Assembly: GCA_947625435.1 (NCBI GenBank)
Contig: CANQOI010000001.1
Coordinates: 10,522 to 74,521, forward strand
Source: an uncultured Clostridia bacterium
GTDB taxonomy: Bacteria > Bacillota > Clostridia > UBA1212 > UBA1255
DNA length: 64,000 nt
Direction: 5' to 3'
Shown here one piece after another: positions 30,820-41,459 of this stretch (positions within the stretch are counted from its first letter, which is position 1; each line of letters begins with the position of its first letter). The notes beneath the pieces were generated by a model. It worked only from the letters and a program-made list of their open reading frames with translations, ran no database searches and had not been told where the DNA came from. Both the position numbers and the translations under genes were made by a program.

Positions 30820-31848
30820 TTAAAACATTCCGGATGTCCGGTTCTGGTACAGTATTTTACGAAGATTGCCCTCTTCAAGGCATTTGCCCGTACCGAGCGC
30901 TACACAGTCGAGAGGATATTCCGCCACGCATACGGGCATTCCGGTCTCTATCCTTATCACCTGGTCAAGTCCGCTGAGGAGCGCTCCGCCACCCGTGAGC
31001 ATTATACCGTTCTCCATTATATCGGCAGCCAGCTCCGGAGGAGTCTCCTCCAGCGCCTCTTTTATGGCGTCGACTATATCGGTGACGGGTTCCTTTATCG
31101 CCTCCACTACCTCGGAGGAGGATATTTTAACATTCTTGGGAAGTCCGGTGAGAAGGTCGCGGCCCTTTATTTCCATATATTCTTCCTGCGGTTTGGGGTG
31201 AGCGGCGCCTATCGTGAGCTTAACATCCTCTGCCGTTCTCTCTCCTATCACGAGATTATGCTCGCGTTTTGTATACATAGCTATATACTCATCCAGCTTA
31301 TCTCCCGCGACTCTGAGAGATTTTGAATTGACTATGCCGCCCATTGAAATAACGGCAACCTCGCTCGTGCCGCCGCCTATATCGACTACCATGCACCCGG
31401 CGGCTTCCTCTACGGCAAGTCCCGCGCCTATCGCGGCGAGAAGCGGTTCTTCAAACAAAAGAGGCTTTTTTCTGGCGCCGGCGCGCTCCGCGGCCTCTTC
31501 CACGGCCATATATTCTACCTCGGTAACTCCCGAAGGAACGCATATTATGAGATTCGGCTTTCCGAAGCCCGCCATGGCCGATGCTCTCTTGATAAAATAT
31601 CTGAGCATCTGCTCCGTCATGTCGAAGTCGGCTATCACTCCGTCCTTAAGAGGCCTTATTGCGACTACGCTCCCCGGCGTGCGTCCTATCATGCGTTTGG
31701 CGGCGTCTCCCACCGCAAGGACTTCATTTGTGTTCTTGTTTATTGCCACGACCGACGGTTCTCTTATTATTATGCCTCTGCCCGACATATGCACAAGTGT
31801 GTTCGCCGTACCGAGATCTATACCTATATCACGTGCCATAATGTTCAA
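30820..31848 (-). CDS. mreB: rod shape-determining protein MreB
   Basis: Actin-fold ATPase, IGIDLGTANTLV. Confidence 0.95.
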   Translation of the reverse strand: MNIMARDIGIDLGTANTLVHMSGRGIIIREPSVVAINKNTNEVLAVGDAAKRMIGRTPGSVVAIRPLKDGVIADFDMTEQMLRYFIKRASAMAGFGKPNLIICVPSGVTEVEYMAVEEAAERAGARKKPLLFEEPLLAAIGAGLAVEEAAGCMVVDIGGGTSEVAVISMGGIVNSKSLRVAGDKLDEYIAMYTKREHNLVIGERTAEDVKLTIGAAHPKPQEEYMEIKGRDLLTGLPKNVKISSSEVVEAIKEPVTDIVDAIKEALEETPPELAADIMENGIMLTGGGALLSGLDQVIRIETGMPVCVAEYPLDCVALGTGKCLEEGNLRKILYQNRTSGMF

Positions 31849-31857
31849 ATCCTTCGC

Positions 31858-32568
31858 TTATTCGTCTTTTATTTCTCTCAGTCTGTCAATATCGCCTTTA
31901 TCGTACATGCTGTAATATACCCCGTTGCCTATTATCATATGATCCACCACATCTATGCCAATGATCCTCCCGGCATTTATCATGCGCCGCGTCAGCTCCG
32001 TATCAGCCCTGCTGGGAGAGCAGTCGCCGCTGGGATGATTGTGCGCGAGCACCACTGCCGAGGCAAGGCTCTTTATGGCGTCGTAAAATACTTCGCGCGG
32101 ATGCACTATCGTCTTGTTTACCGTACCCGATGATATGCGGCTGCTCGATATATAATGCCACTTTTTGTCGAAATACAGCACCTCGAATGTCTCGTATCGG
32201 AGATCCTTCATATCGGACATGAGCATCCTGCCTATCTCGTCAAGATTTGTGATCCTGAGCTTATCCTTGCGCCTGCCGAAGGCTATCCGCCGACCTGTTT
32301 CGGCGGCTGCCAGCAGCTGTATCGCCTTAACGCGCCCTATACCGCGGCTCGCAGTCAATTCCGATATGTCGGAAGCCGCCATGTCGGTTATGCTTCCGTG
32401 CTTATTGAGAAGCTCCTGAGCCACGCTCAGCGCCGAAGCATCCTTTGTGCCCGTTTTAATAAGTATGGCAACAAGCTCGGCGTCGCTCAGGGCCTCCGCT
32501 CCGTATCTTTCAAGCCTTTCATAAGGCCGCATTCCTTCCGGAACCGTTTTCATAGTCATAATTATCAT
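31858..32568 (-). CDS. radC: RadC-family JAB-domain protein
   Basis: HhH N-terminus and JAMM-like HNHPSGDCSPS motif. Canonical radC-mreBCD arrangement. Confidence 0.85.
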   Translation of the reverse strand: MIIMTMKTVPEGMRPYERLERYGAEALSDAELVAILIKTGTKDASALSVAQELLNKHGSITDMAASDISELTASRGIGRVKAIQLLAAAETGRRIAFGRRKDKLRITNLDEIGRMLMSDMKDLRYETFEVLYFDKKWHYISSSRISSGTVNKTIVHPREVFYDAIKSLASAVVLAHNHPSGDCSPSRADTELTRRMINAGRIIGIDVVDHMIIGNGVYYSMYDKGDIDRLREIKDE

Positions 32569-32648
32569 GTGCCCCCGTTCAGAGGCTCTTTATGCTACGG
32601 ATACCGCAAGGGTAAGTATACCTGCATTTTACGTAAAATACAAGCTGT

Positions 32649-33626
32649 TTAATTCTGCATATTTATATGCTCGCCGGTGACAGGCGTATAACGCACGAGC
32701 GCGGACGCGTCAAGATCCGTCTTGTGCATATCTACGGCGGTTATCTGGTGATTGTCGTATGTAGTGTAATAATATATCCCCTTGTCTGCATTGCAGCAGC
32801 ATGTGTAGATCGTGATCTCGTATTTACCTTCTCCCAGGCAGCAGCAGCCTCTCTGCTGGTCCACGGAGCCGAGTATGTGGAAAAACTGGCTGACGCTCTC
32901 ATTTTCCCCGCATCCGGACAGAGAGTTCATTTTAACAAACGCCACACGCACGAACCGGGACTGTGACGAAAGGTCGCCGGGCAGGCCGAGAGCCCCCATG
33001 CCCCTGCTGTATGTATTGAGCGGCAGGCTCTCCGAGAAAAGATTTTCGGGCGAGTCCGGAGACAGATGCATGTAATCGTTGAGGCGGAACATCTGCATGT
33101 CAAAGGGCGGATTGTTTGTAAGGACTCCCACCGGATTGTCGTACACATGGATGCCGTCTGACACGGATTCCACCGTTACGGCGCTGTTTTTGTCGGCTAT
33201 GAGCCAATGAAGCTGCGCCAGCGGATAAGCGGCGGCAAACGGTTCGTCTGTAAGGTTGATATTCCGAAGGAGCGTTTTAACCTCTTCTACGCAGGAGCAC
33301 TGTCCGAGCACCCACGGTATGAACTCGAACTGCGCTATATTGTCACATCCGGATCTGCACGCGTTATAATGGGCGTTTCCCACAAAATTGAGGCCGGCCA
33401 TGCCCAGACCTTTCTCGTTTACCGCCTCATAATACAGAGGATAGTCCTCCGCCACGTGCGCCATACCTATCATGGCGTAATGAGATCTCATCTCTTTATC
33501 GCATTTTCTGAAAACAAACGGGTAATTTCTCGGCGTCACCGTTATCTCATCGCCGTATGAGAACTCGTAATCGAGCGTCCTCCCGAAATAAAAATCATCT
33601 GTTCTGTAAGTTGCGGCTGTACACAT
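32649..33626 (-). CDS. choloylglycine hydrolase-family Ntn hydrolase (linear amide C-N hydrolase; BSH/penicillin V acylase-like)
   Basis: Starts MCTAATY, giving the catalytic Cys2 after Met removal that is characteristic of this family. 325 aa. Confidence 0.7.
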   Translation of the reverse strand: MCTAATYRTDDFYFGRTLDYEFSYGDEITVTPRNYPFVFRKCDKEMRSHYAMIGMAHVAEDYPLYYEAVNEKGLGMAGLNFVGNAHYNACRSGCDNIAQFEFIPWVLGQCSCVEEVKTLLRNINLTDEPFAAAYPLAQLHWLIADKNSAVTVESVSDGIHVYDNPVGVLTNNPPFDMQMFRLNDYMHLSPDSPENLFSESLPLNTYSRGMGALGLPGDLSSQSRFVRVAFVKMNSLSGCGENESVSQFFHILGSVDQQRGCCCLGEGKYEITIYTCCCNADKGIYYYTTYDNHQITAVDMHKTDLDASALVRYTPVTGEHINMQN

Positions 33627-33643
33627 GATATTCCCTCCCTGTT

Positions 33644-34903
33644 TTATTCGCCTATCGTAAGATGCGCTCCGAGCGCTTTAAGAGTGTTTCTGTATCTGTT
33701 CAGCATGTCCTCGCGCTTTCCGCCCGTGCGTATGGCCTTTATCATGAGATTTTTGGGCGTGTCTATCGGTGAAATGTATTCGAGCATCGATACCTCGTAG
33801 CCCTGCGCCTCAAGATACATGGCGCGCAGTCCGTCCGTAAGGCTGTCCGCGATCCTTGCTTTAAGTATACCATACTTCAGTATATCTTCAAAACCGTCAA
33901 TGCTGTACTGCGCTCCGAGTTCTTTGTGGCAGCACGGCACGCATATCACGGAGCGTATGTTGTTGTCTATGGCAAATCTCAGCGCTTTATCCGTAGCGGT
34001 GTCGCAGGCGTGCAGCGTGAGCAGCATATCGTATTTCCCGTCCGGCTCATATGCGGCTATGTCGGTCTCAATGAATTTCATATTCTTATAACGGAGCTTT
34101 TCGGCGGTACGCCGCGATTCCTCTATGACATTCGGATTTATATCCAGCCCCGTAAAATAGCAGTTCCTCCCCAGTATCTCCTTTATGTAAAAGTTCAGCG
34201 CAAATGAGAGATACGACTTGCCGCAGCCGCAGTCTATTATACTTATGGGCCTGTCCGACTTTTTGTCTCCGATGCGGCAGAGGCGTCTCAGCAAGGGGTC
34301 CGCGAGCTCTATAAAATGGTCTATCTGATTGTATTTCCGTATTTTATCGTTTCTGACCTTTCCGTTCCTGCCCAAGATCCCTATTGCTTCAAGAAGGTCG
34401 GCGGCTCTGTCCGGCTTTATGAAATATTCTCTGTCGCTCATTACGGACACGCCGCCCGCAGGTCCGTTTTCGGTTAAGGCGGCGTCCGTGGTCCCGGTAA
34501 CGACATTCCTGCCGTCGGCGCGTATTTCTATGTTTTTGCCGCGCTCGGAATATACAAGGGGCATTTCATCAAACTGCGGGATCTTATCGGCGATGAACGC
34601 GATAAGATCACCGAAGCTGAGTTCGTATCCGTTGCCCATGAAATTGAAGCACAGTACATCTTCCCCGCTGCTCTTCGCATGTGCATTAAGTGAATACGTT
34701 TTTGTTCCCGACGTAAAATGCGCGCTCATGTTCAGAAAGAAATCACGCGATCCCGAATATCTGCTCTGAAGCCCCGTGAGGAAAAGTGTCACTTTGTCTG
34801 CCGTCTGTCTGTTCATATCATACGCCTCCAACCCTTGGGGTACAGATTCTTGAGCATTCCGTTTTCTGAAACGCCCATGCCCACTGCATAACCCTCTGCG
34901 CAC
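33644..34903 (-). CDS. class I SAM-dependent methyltransferase
   Basis: IIDCGCGKSYLS SAM-binding motif I. The N-terminal 30 codons overlap the rsmF 3' end, so the real start is probably the internal MNRQTADK. Confidence 0.6.
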   Translation of the reverse strand: MRRGLCSGHGRFRKRNAQESVPQGLEAYDMNRQTADKVTLFLTGLQSRYSGSRDFFLNMSAHFTSGTKTYSLNAHAKSSGEDVLCFNFMGNGYELSFGDLIAFIADKIPQFDEMPLVYSERGKNIEIRADGRNVVTGTTDAALTENGPAGGVSVMSDREYFIKPDRAADLLEAIGILGRNGKVRNDKIRKYNQIDHFIELADPLLRRLCRIGDKKSDRPISIIDCGCGKSYLSFALNFYIKEILGRNCYFTGLDINPNVIEESRRTAEKLRYKNMKFIETDIAAYEPDGKYDMLLTLHACDTATDKALRFAIDNNIRSVICVPCCHKELGAQYSIDGFEDILKYGILKARIADSLTDGLRAMYLEAQGYEVSMLEYISPIDTPKNLMIKAIRTGGKREDMLNRYRNTLKALGAHLTIGE

Positions 34904-36339
34904 ACCGCGGTAAGCCCTTTAAGGCTTACGTCCGTTCCCGTGAGAGTTTCACCTCTTAAATATCTTTTTATGTCATCGCCGTCATACGGAAGGTTTATCT
35001 TTCTCTTAAAATCCGCTCCGAACGCCATGCAAAACTGCTGCGACGGTCTGAATTTTCCCGGGCGCGGGCTTTTTTTTGCATTCTGCGCGGCAGGCATGTC
35101 GCCGAGCCTGAGCCCGAGCTTAGGCACCCTGAGTCCGTCTACATCGGGCGGGAGCGGGCCCGCTCTGCGCCCTTCGCTCTGCGCTCCGCCGTCGTCCGGC
35201 AGAAAATACAGCGCGTCCGCGGCTGTGTAATAAATCCCCTCCGGAATGCTTCCTGTCATATTTTCCTGCCAGAATTTTCCGAATTCATCCGGAGCGGATA
35301 CGAGCACCTTATAGCTCCCGGTCTTTGCCGTGTATCGCGATCCTTCGTTCTTGCCGCGGCGTCCTCCGCAGCTTTCGCCGCAGCTTTCGGCGCTGTTTTC
35401 GGCGCCGCTTCCTCCGCCGTTTTCGGTGCAGGAGCCTTTTTGCATGAGCGCGGCGAAATGCCCTTCGCCTTCAAGTCTGTGCGGCCACAGCCTCGCGCAG
35501 TCTGTCATACCGAACATGCCGTCTGCGACTCCCCCCGTTTTTGCAAGGGGTATCAATGAATACTCGGGATGCTTTTCTATGAACTCTCTTATCATGTACT
35601 CATCCTCCGACGGGTCGAATGTGCATGTTGAATACATCATCCTGCCGCCGCTCTTCAAAAGCACATGGGCATATTCGAGTATTTCACGCTGCATGGAAGC
35701 GCACGATTCGTTTTTGTATTTACCCCAGCTTCTGATCGCTTCGCTGTCTTTCCTGAACATTCCCTCTCCCGAGCACGGCGCGTCCACCAGTATTTTATCA
35801 AAATATCCCGGCAGCTTTGCCGCGAGCCTCTCGGGCGATTCGTTCGTCACTATCACATTGCGCGCGCCCGAAAGCTCTATATTGTATATCAGGGCCTTCA
35901 CGCGCTCCTCACTTATGTCGTTTGCCACGAGCAGTCCGCTGCCGTTTAGCTCACATGCTATCTTTGTGCTCTTGCCGCCGGGAGCGGCGCACATATCGAG
36001 CACTCTGTCTCCGGGTCTCACGCCGAGCTGCGATGCGGGATACATGGCGCTGGGCTCCTGTATGTAGTAGAGCCCCGCATGGTAAAGCGGCAGTCTTCCC
36101 GGCTGCAGCGCCTCTTCTCCCGACGATCCGTAATAATATCCGTCCGGCTCCCAAGGCACCTTTTTAGTTATTCCCGTTATGCCGTAAAATTTCTTTTCAA
36201 AATCGTCGGCACGTATTTTAAGCGTATTTATGCGCATGCCGGACATGCGCGGAGCGTCCAGCGAACCCGCGTAGGCCTTAAATTCTTCTTCCCCGAGGAT
36301 ACGTATCATTTTTGCTTCATATTCGTCAGGCAGCTTCAA
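34813..36339 (-). CDS. rsmF: 16S rRNA m5C methyltransferase, RsmF/RsmB (NOL1/NOP2/Sun) family
   Basis: DMCAAPGGKS, DAPCSGEG and catalytic TCT/PCS motifs, plus a C-terminal RsmF-type extension. Confidence 0.8.
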   Translation of the reverse strand: MKLPDEYEAKMIRILGEEEFKAYAGSLDAPRMSGMRINTLKIRADDFEKKFYGITGITKKVPWEPDGYYYGSSGEEALQPGRLPLYHAGLYYIQEPSAMYPASQLGVRPGDRVLDMCAAPGGKSTKIACELNGSGLLVANDISEERVKALIYNIELSGARNVIVTNESPERLAAKLPGYFDKILVDAPCSGEGMFRKDSEAIRSWGKYKNESCASMQREILEYAHVLLKSGGRMMYSTCTFDPSEDEYMIREFIEKHPEYSLIPLAKTGGVADGMFGMTDCARLWPHRLEGEGHFAALMQKGSCTENGGGSGAENSAESCGESCGGRRGKNEGSRYTAKTGSYKVLVSAPDEFGKFWQENMTGSIPEGIYYTAADALYFLPDDGGAQSEGRRAGPLPPDVDGLRVPKLGLRLGDMPAAQNAKKSPRPGKFRPSQQFCMAFGADFKRKINLPYDGDDIKRYLRGETLTGTDVSLKGLTAVCAEGYAVGMGVSENGMLKNLYPKGWRRMI

Positions 36340-36353
36340 TTATTTTACACCTT

Positions 36354-37319
36354 TCAATATTTCAGATATCTGAGCAGCCCGAGGGCGTACTGAAGGAATC
36401 CCATGTCGTTCGGATGTACGTGGTCCGTAAAATATTCGGGTACGTGCGGCATTATTTTAAGGCCTTCCACGGCGTTGCATCCGGCCTTTTCGGCTTCTTT
36501 TATTATTTTTGCGTATATCTGCCCGTAAAGCTTATATTTGTCGCACCCCTCCTGCGTGTCAAATGTTTCGAGGTCTGTCTGCCACGCGGGCGTTATCACA
36601 TTTACTGGTATGTCGGGATACACGCTCCTGAGCTTTTTGAAGAATTCTTCTATGTTGGTCTTTATCTCACTGTATCTGCCGTTAAAATACAGATCGTTCG
36701 TGCCGAGCGCTATCATGAGGGCGGTGGGCTTCCACGGATAATTTTCGTCTATCATATCTTTGTCGAAAAGATCTCCGCCCACGCTCAGATTTATGTAATC
36801 GGCATCTGTCGCGTTGCATACGAGCGGCACCCAGCTCATGCACGGATGCGTGCCCATCAGGCCCTGTGATATTGAGTCCCCGTATACGAGGAACCTTTTC
36901 GCGCGCGTTTCACGCGTGGTCGTGAAATTTCCGAAATTTATATTTGAAATATGCGTTTCACCGTGATACGGAAGATATATTTTTATGCGCGTTCTACCGG
37001 GGGTTTTCTTTTTATACGAGATATGTCCCTTATTCGACGAATCGGGCTCGCGCACGAAGTCCGTGTAAATGTCGTTTTCAAATATATCGAATATCACTGA
37101 CGGGAAGAAGAGCAGGCGGAAGAAATAGTCAAACGATATCTCTTCCGCGTCTGTTATGAATTCCATGTAAACGCCCGCGGTGCAGTTGGGATAGCAGCAC
37201 CACGGTTTGCCTGCGTATACGTCGTATTGAGCTTTTGTAAATCGAACGGGAAAATATCCCTCGTCGCACTTCCGCACTTCTATGCATCCGTGGAACAGTT
37301 TACTGAATTTATCGGTCAT
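36354..37319 (-). CDS. SGNH/GDSL-family hydrolase
   Basis: GDS(I) block (VYGDSISQG) and C-terminal DHVHPN block. Confidence 0.65.
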   Translation of the reverse strand: MTDKFSKLFHGCIEVRKCDEGYFPVRFTKAQYDVYAGKPWCCYPNCTAGVYMEFITDAEEISFDYFFRLLFFPSVIFDIFENDIYTDFVREPDSSNKGHISYKKKTPGRTRIKIYLPYHGETHISNINFGNFTTTRETRAKRFLVYGDSISQGLMGTHPCMSWVPLVCNATDADYINLSVGGDLFDKDMIDENYPWKPTALMIALGTNDLYFNGRYSEIKTNIEEFFKKLRSVYPDIPVNVITPAWQTDLETFDTQEGCDKYKLYGQIYAKIIKEAEKAGCNAVEGLKIMPHVPEYFTDHVHPNDMGFLQYALGLLRYLKY

Positions 37320-37325
37320 TTAAAC

Positions 37326-39926
37326 CTACCGCACCTCCAGATTGTCGCCGTTTCCGTTTACATCCACGCATAATGTGTCTCCCATGTTATAATCGCGCGA
37401 CAACAGTGAGTATGCAATGAGCGTTTCCACATGACTCTGCAGGTATCTCTTCAGCGGTCTTGCGCCGTATACCGGATCGAAGCCGTTATCTATGATGAAG
37501 TTCTTGGCTCTGTCCGTTATCTTGAGCTTAAGGGACTTATCCTCAAGCCGCTTTGCAAGCCCTTTTATGAGTATATCCGTTATGCCCTTCATATCCTCTT
37601 TAGTAAGAGGTCTGTAAAATACTATCTCATCGAGTCTGTTCAGGAATTCCGGCCTGAAGCTCTGTTTAAGGAGCATATTTACCTTCTCCTCAGCTTCTTT
37701 AGAAATATAACCCTCCGGAGTGATTCCGTCAAGCAGAAATTGAGAACCCAGGTTGCTCGTGAGTATTATCACGGTGTTCTTGAAGTCCACTGTGCGCCCC
37801 TGCGAATCCGTTATCCTGCCGTCGTCAAGCACCTGCAGCAATATGTTGAAAACATCGGGATGCGCCTTTTCTACTTCATCGAAAAGCACTACCGAATAGG
37901 GTCTGCGTCTCACGGCCTCTGTGAGCTGTCCGCCCTCGTCGTAGCCCACGTATCCCGGAGGCGCTCCTATAAGGCGCGATACGGAAAATTTTTCCATATA
38001 TTCCGTCATATCTATTCTTACCATATTGTGCTCGTCGTCGAAAAGGCATTCGGCGAGCGCCTTGGCAAGCTCTGTTTTGCCCACTCCCGTGGGGCCTAAG
38101 AACATGAAAGAGCCTATAGGTCTGTTGGGATCGCTTATTCCCGCTCTTGAGCGGAGTATTGCCTCGCTCACTTTTTTTACCGCGTCGTCCTGCCCTACTA
38201 CCCGTTTATGCAGTATGTCTTCGAGCCTTAACAGCTTCTCACGTTCGCCTTCCATGAGCTTCGACACGGGTATGCCGGTCCAGCGTGCCACTATACCGGC
38301 TATTTCATCCTCTGTCACTGTATCTCTCACCAAACCTGACGCGCCCCTGTGTCTCTGCTCGCTCTTCTTTACCGCTTCGCTCAGTCTCGCCTCCAGCTCG
38401 GGAAGTGTTGAATATCTGAGCTTTGCGGCCTTTTCATACTCATAGCTTCTCTGCGCAGCCTCTATGTCGCTGTTTACGCGGTCTATTTCGCCTTTTATGA
38501 GTTTTACGGAATCTATTTCCTGTTTTTCGGCCTCCCAGCGTGTTTTCATTTCACCGTAGCTTTCATTGAGCTCGGCGAGCTCCTGCCTTATTTTATCCGT
38601 ACGCTCCTTTGACAGCGTGTCCGTTTCTTTTTTGAGGGCCATTTCTTCTATCTCGAGCTGCATTATACGGCGCCTTATGTCGTCAAGCTCCGACGGCATT
38701 GAATCTATCTCGGTGCGTATCTGCGCGCAAGCCTCATCCACAAGGTCTATGGCTTTATCCGGCAGGAATCTGTCCGTTATATACCTGTCCGAGAGTGTTG
38801 CGGCGGCCACGAGCGCGCTGTCGTGTATCTGAACTCCGTGAAATATCTCATATTTTTCTTTAAGTCCTCTGAGTATTGATACGGTATCCTCTACATTCGG
38901 CTCGTCTACGCGCACCGGCTGGAAACGTCTCTCAAGCGCTGCATCCTTTTCGATGTATTTTCTGTATTCGTCAAGTGTCGTAGCGCCTATGCAGTGAAGC
39001 TCGCCTCTTGCGAGCATCGGCTTGAGTATGTTGCCCGCATCCATGGCTCCGTCTGTCTTGCCGGCTCCCACTATGGTGTGAAGCTCGTCAATAAAGAGTA
39101 TTATCCTGCCTTCGGCCGCCTTTACCTCATTCAGCACCGCCTTCAGTCTTTCCTCGAATTCGCCTCTGAATTTCGCGCCTGCTATGAGCGAGCCCATATC
39201 AAGTGCAAATACTGTTTTTTCCTTTAGTCCGTCAGGCACGTCGCCTCTTACTATTCTCTGTGCAAGACCCTCCGCTATTGCGGTTTTGCCCACGCCGGGC
39301 TCGCCTATGAGGACAGGGTTGTTCTTGGTCTTTCTCGAAAGTATGCGTATTACGTTCCTTATCTCGCTGTCTCTGCCTATTACGGGATCGAGTGAGCCGG
39401 CACGGGCTCTTTCTACAAGGTCTGTGCCGTATTTTCCGAGTGCGTCATATGTGCTTTCGGGGTCGTCGCCCGTCACTCTGCCTGTTTTGACCTTTGACAA
39501 TTCCTGTCTGAATCTGTCCTCCGTGACTCCGTATGTTCTGAATATTTCTTTAAGCTTTGTTGTCGGATTCGCGAGTATCGCCATCATGAGATGCTCTACC
39601 GAAACATATTCGTCCCGGTTCTTCTTGGCAAGCTTTTCCGCCTCTGTAAGTATTTTTTCCGTTTCACGGGATATATATATTTTATCCGGCTCTCTGCCGC
39701 TCCCGCTTACTTTCGGAAGCGACGCTATAGCTTCATCTACCGCTCCCAGAAGTCTGTCTGTGTCCACTCCCATTTTATCGAGGAGACTGCGTATGAGGCC
39801 GTCCTCCTGATCGGCCAGTGCATATGTTATGTGTTCCGGCATTACCTGCATGTTTTCGTTTTCTAGAGCCATGCTCTGCGCAGCCCTTAATGCCTCCGAT
39901 GTTTTTTGTGTTAATTTATCTGTCAT
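37326..39926 (-). CDS. clpB: ATP-dependent chaperone ClpB (disaggregase)
   Basis: 866 aa. Clp-N repeats, two AAA+ modules (GEPGVGKT and GPTGVGKT Walker A motifs), long middle coiled-coil. Confidence 0.95.
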   Translation of the reverse strand: MTDKLTQKTSEALRAAQSMALENENMQVMPEHITYALADQEDGLIRSLLDKMGVDTDRLLGAVDEAIASLPKVSGSGREPDKIYISRETEKILTEAEKLAKKNRDEYVSVEHLMMAILANPTTKLKEIFRTYGVTEDRFRQELSKVKTGRVTGDDPESTYDALGKYGTDLVERARAGSLDPVIGRDSEIRNVIRILSRKTKNNPVLIGEPGVGKTAIAEGLAQRIVRGDVPDGLKEKTVFALDMGSLIAGAKFRGEFEERLKAVLNEVKAAEGRIILFIDELHTIVGAGKTDGAMDAGNILKPMLARGELHCIGATTLDEYRKYIEKDAALERRFQPVRVDEPNVEDTVSILRGLKEKYEIFHGVQIHDSALVAAATLSDRYITDRFLPDKAIDLVDEACAQIRTEIDSMPSELDDIRRRIMQLEIEEMALKKETDTLSKERTDKIRQELAELNESYGEMKTRWEAEKQEIDSVKLIKGEIDRVNSDIEAAQRSYEYEKAAKLRYSTLPELEARLSEAVKKSEQRHRGASGLVRDTVTEDEIAGIVARWTGIPVSKLMEGEREKLLRLEDILHKRVVGQDDAVKKVSEAILRSRAGISDPNRPIGSFMFLGPTGVGKTELAKALAECLFDDEHNMVRIDMTEYMEKFSVSRLIGAPPGYVGYDEGGQLTEAVRRRPYSVVLFDEVEKAHPDVFNILLQVLDDGRITDSQGRTVDFKNTVIILTSNLGSQFLLDGITPEGYISKEAEEKVNMLLKQSFRPEFLNRLDEIVFYRPLTKEDMKGITDILIKGLAKRLEDKSLKLKITDRAKNFIIDNGFDPVYGARPLKRYLQSHVETLIAYSLLSRDYNMGDTLCVDVNGNGDNLEVR

Positions 39927-40567
39927 ATAAGCCCAACCCCCTTATTTAAGTAACTCACATATATATTTTCAAGCTCATGCGGCGGGCATCCGCCTATAAA
40001 CCTCTTCATGATGCTGTCCAGCATGCGTATATACGACGATATCCGGTTTCCGAGTTCTTCGCTTGTGTAATCACGCGCTGTCTCAAGCTGTATTGTGCGT
40101 GTGAATTTTGAATCGTACATGGCATATCTCGCACATCCGGCGCCCCTGTATTTTTCTTCAAGCGCCGTCCAGAATCTGAAAAAATCCGTCAGGCAGCTTA
40201 TGAGCGCCGCCGACTGTGTTCTGAGCACAACGGCAAGTTCGCCTATCACGCCTCTTTCCGGCACTCTCAGAAGCGATACTTCGTACCGTATGGTCGGCCT
40301 GTATTTGTATTGCAGACTGCTCCTGAGCGACATGCTCATCTGGTTTGGAGTCACGTGAGGCACTATGCCGCTGGTTTCTGAACCGATAAATTCTTCTATG
40401 CTTCTGAATATGTTTGCAATGCGTTTTTCCGGCGTTGTCATTGAAACATATTCTGCAAGTATCTGGTTTACTATATTGGATCTGTTTGTGTTCTGCTCAA
40501 GTGCTATCCTGTCTATTTCTCTGACGACCGAATCCATGAGCATGAGACTGTATAAACTTTTCTGCAA
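39923..40567 (-). CDS. ribbon-helix-helix (CopG/Arc-like) domain protein with an uncharacterised ~160 aa C-terminal domain
   Basis: N-terminal [34 protein letters not shown] has a beta-strand plus two helices, the RHH signature. TTG start with an ideal AGGAGG-8 nt spacing. The stop overlaps the clpB ATG (ATGA). Confidence 0.5.
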   Translation of the reverse strand: MQKSLYSLMLMDSVVREIDRIALEQNTNRSNIVNQILAEYVSMTTPEKRIANIFRSIEEFIGSETSGIVPHVTPNQMSMSLRSSLQYKYRPTIRYEVSLLRVPERGVIGELAVVLRTQSAALISCLTDFFRFWTALEEKYRGAGCARYAMYDSKFTRTIQLETARDYTSEELGNRISSYIRMLDSIMKRFIGGCPPHELENIYVSYLNKGVGLI

Positions 40568-40607
40568 CGAAGCTGCCTCCTTATCAAATCAATGCTTTAC
40601 ATGTAAT

Positions 40608-40635
40608 ATTATACACAGCCGCGAAAATTTGTCAA
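40608..40635 (-). promoter_or_regulatory. sigma-A type promoter for the RHH-clpB unit (TTGACA-16-TATAAT)
   Basis: Minus strand TTGACA aattttcgcggctgtg TATAAT, about 40 nt upstream of the TTG start. Confidence 0.5.
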
Positions 40636-40681
40636 TTAATTTATATAATTTTTCTTACGATTTTTATATCTGCGCTTCCGA

Positions 40682-40729
40682 GTTTGCCTTTGCCTCCGCT
40701 TTTGTCTTTGCTTTTACCTTTGCCTTTGT
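40682..40729. repeat. eight tandem hexamers, YTTTGY on the plus strand (GCAAAG on the minus strand)
   Basis: gtttgc ctttgc ctccgc ttttgt ctttgc ttttac ctttgc ctttgt. Confidence 0.7.
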
Positions 40730-40785
40730 CCCACCTCTGCTGCCTGCATTTTCTCCGGGCGCAAAGTCCCCCGGCGTTTCTGCAA

Positions 40786-41250
40786 AAATGCATCTCTGCG
40801 TTTTCTGCAAAAAAACACCCCTTTGTTTTCTGCAAAAATCCTGCGTTGTTGCAGAAACGCCGAGCGGAAGTGCGCTGAGATTCACGGAAGTACGCTGATA
40901 TACGCCGAGATGCGCGCAGATACAGGTAGATACGCTGAAATGCGGGGTCGCGAAATGCATCTCTGCGTTTTCTGCAATAAAAGCACCTCTTTGTTTTCTG
41001 CAAAAATCCTGCGTTGTTGCAGAAACGCCGAGCGGAAGCATGCTGAGATTCACGGAAGTACGCTGATATACGCCGAGATGCGCGCAGATACAGGTAGATA
41101 CGCTGAAATGCGGGGCCGCGAAATGCATCTCTGCGTTTTCTGCAATAAAAGCACCTCTTTGTTTTCTGCAAAAATCCTGCGTTGTTGCAGAAACGCCGAG
41201 CGGAAGTGCGCTGTGATTCACGGAAGTACGCTGAGATGCACTGAGATACG
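40786..41250. repeat. about 2.5 copies of a 167-168 bp tandem repeat with internal TTCTGCAA/TTGCAGAA motifs and GCGCTGAGA-like sub-repeats
   Basis: Units begin at 40786, 40953 and 41121, each with aaatgcatctctgcgttttctgcaa. Copies 1 and 2 are near-identical and copy 3 diverges after about 110 bp. TTCTGCAA occurs at 40778, 40803, 40828, 40970, 40996, 41138 and 41164. The inverted TTGCAGAA occurs at 40849, 41017 and 41185. Confidence 0.85.
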
Positions 41251-41363
41251 GAAAAAATGTGCGCTGAAGTGCGCCAAGGTGCGCGTAAAATGCAAAGAAA
41301 AGCAGGCAAATACTGAGCCGCGCGCCGAGATCTGCATATGCAAAACAAAAAAGCGCGCGACAT

Positions 41364-41389
41364 GGCAAAGCGGCAAAGCGGCAAAACGC
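41364..41389. repeat. (GGCAAAGC)x3 block, inverted relative to the 40682-40729 hexamer block
   Basis: ggcaaagc ggcaaagc ggcaaaac. Together with the left block this brackets the 168 bp array with imperfect inverted GCAAAG-type repeats. Confidence 0.55.
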
Positions 41390-41459
41390 TTACAGCTTAA
41401 ATATTATCAAATGTATTATAAAATGTATTATCAAATGCTCTTAAATACTCTGCTATGTT

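Noticed and set aside
40629-40649. Plus-strand promoter TTGTCA...TATAAT inside the RHH upstream region
   Set aside because: The spacer is only 9 nt on the plus strand. The same bases make a well-spaced TTGACA-16-TATAAT on the minus strand, which is the call I kept.
40786-41250. Possible CRISPR array
   Set aside because: The period is 168 bp with near-identical full units and no unique spacers; no cas genes nearby. It is a tandem repeat, not CRISPR.
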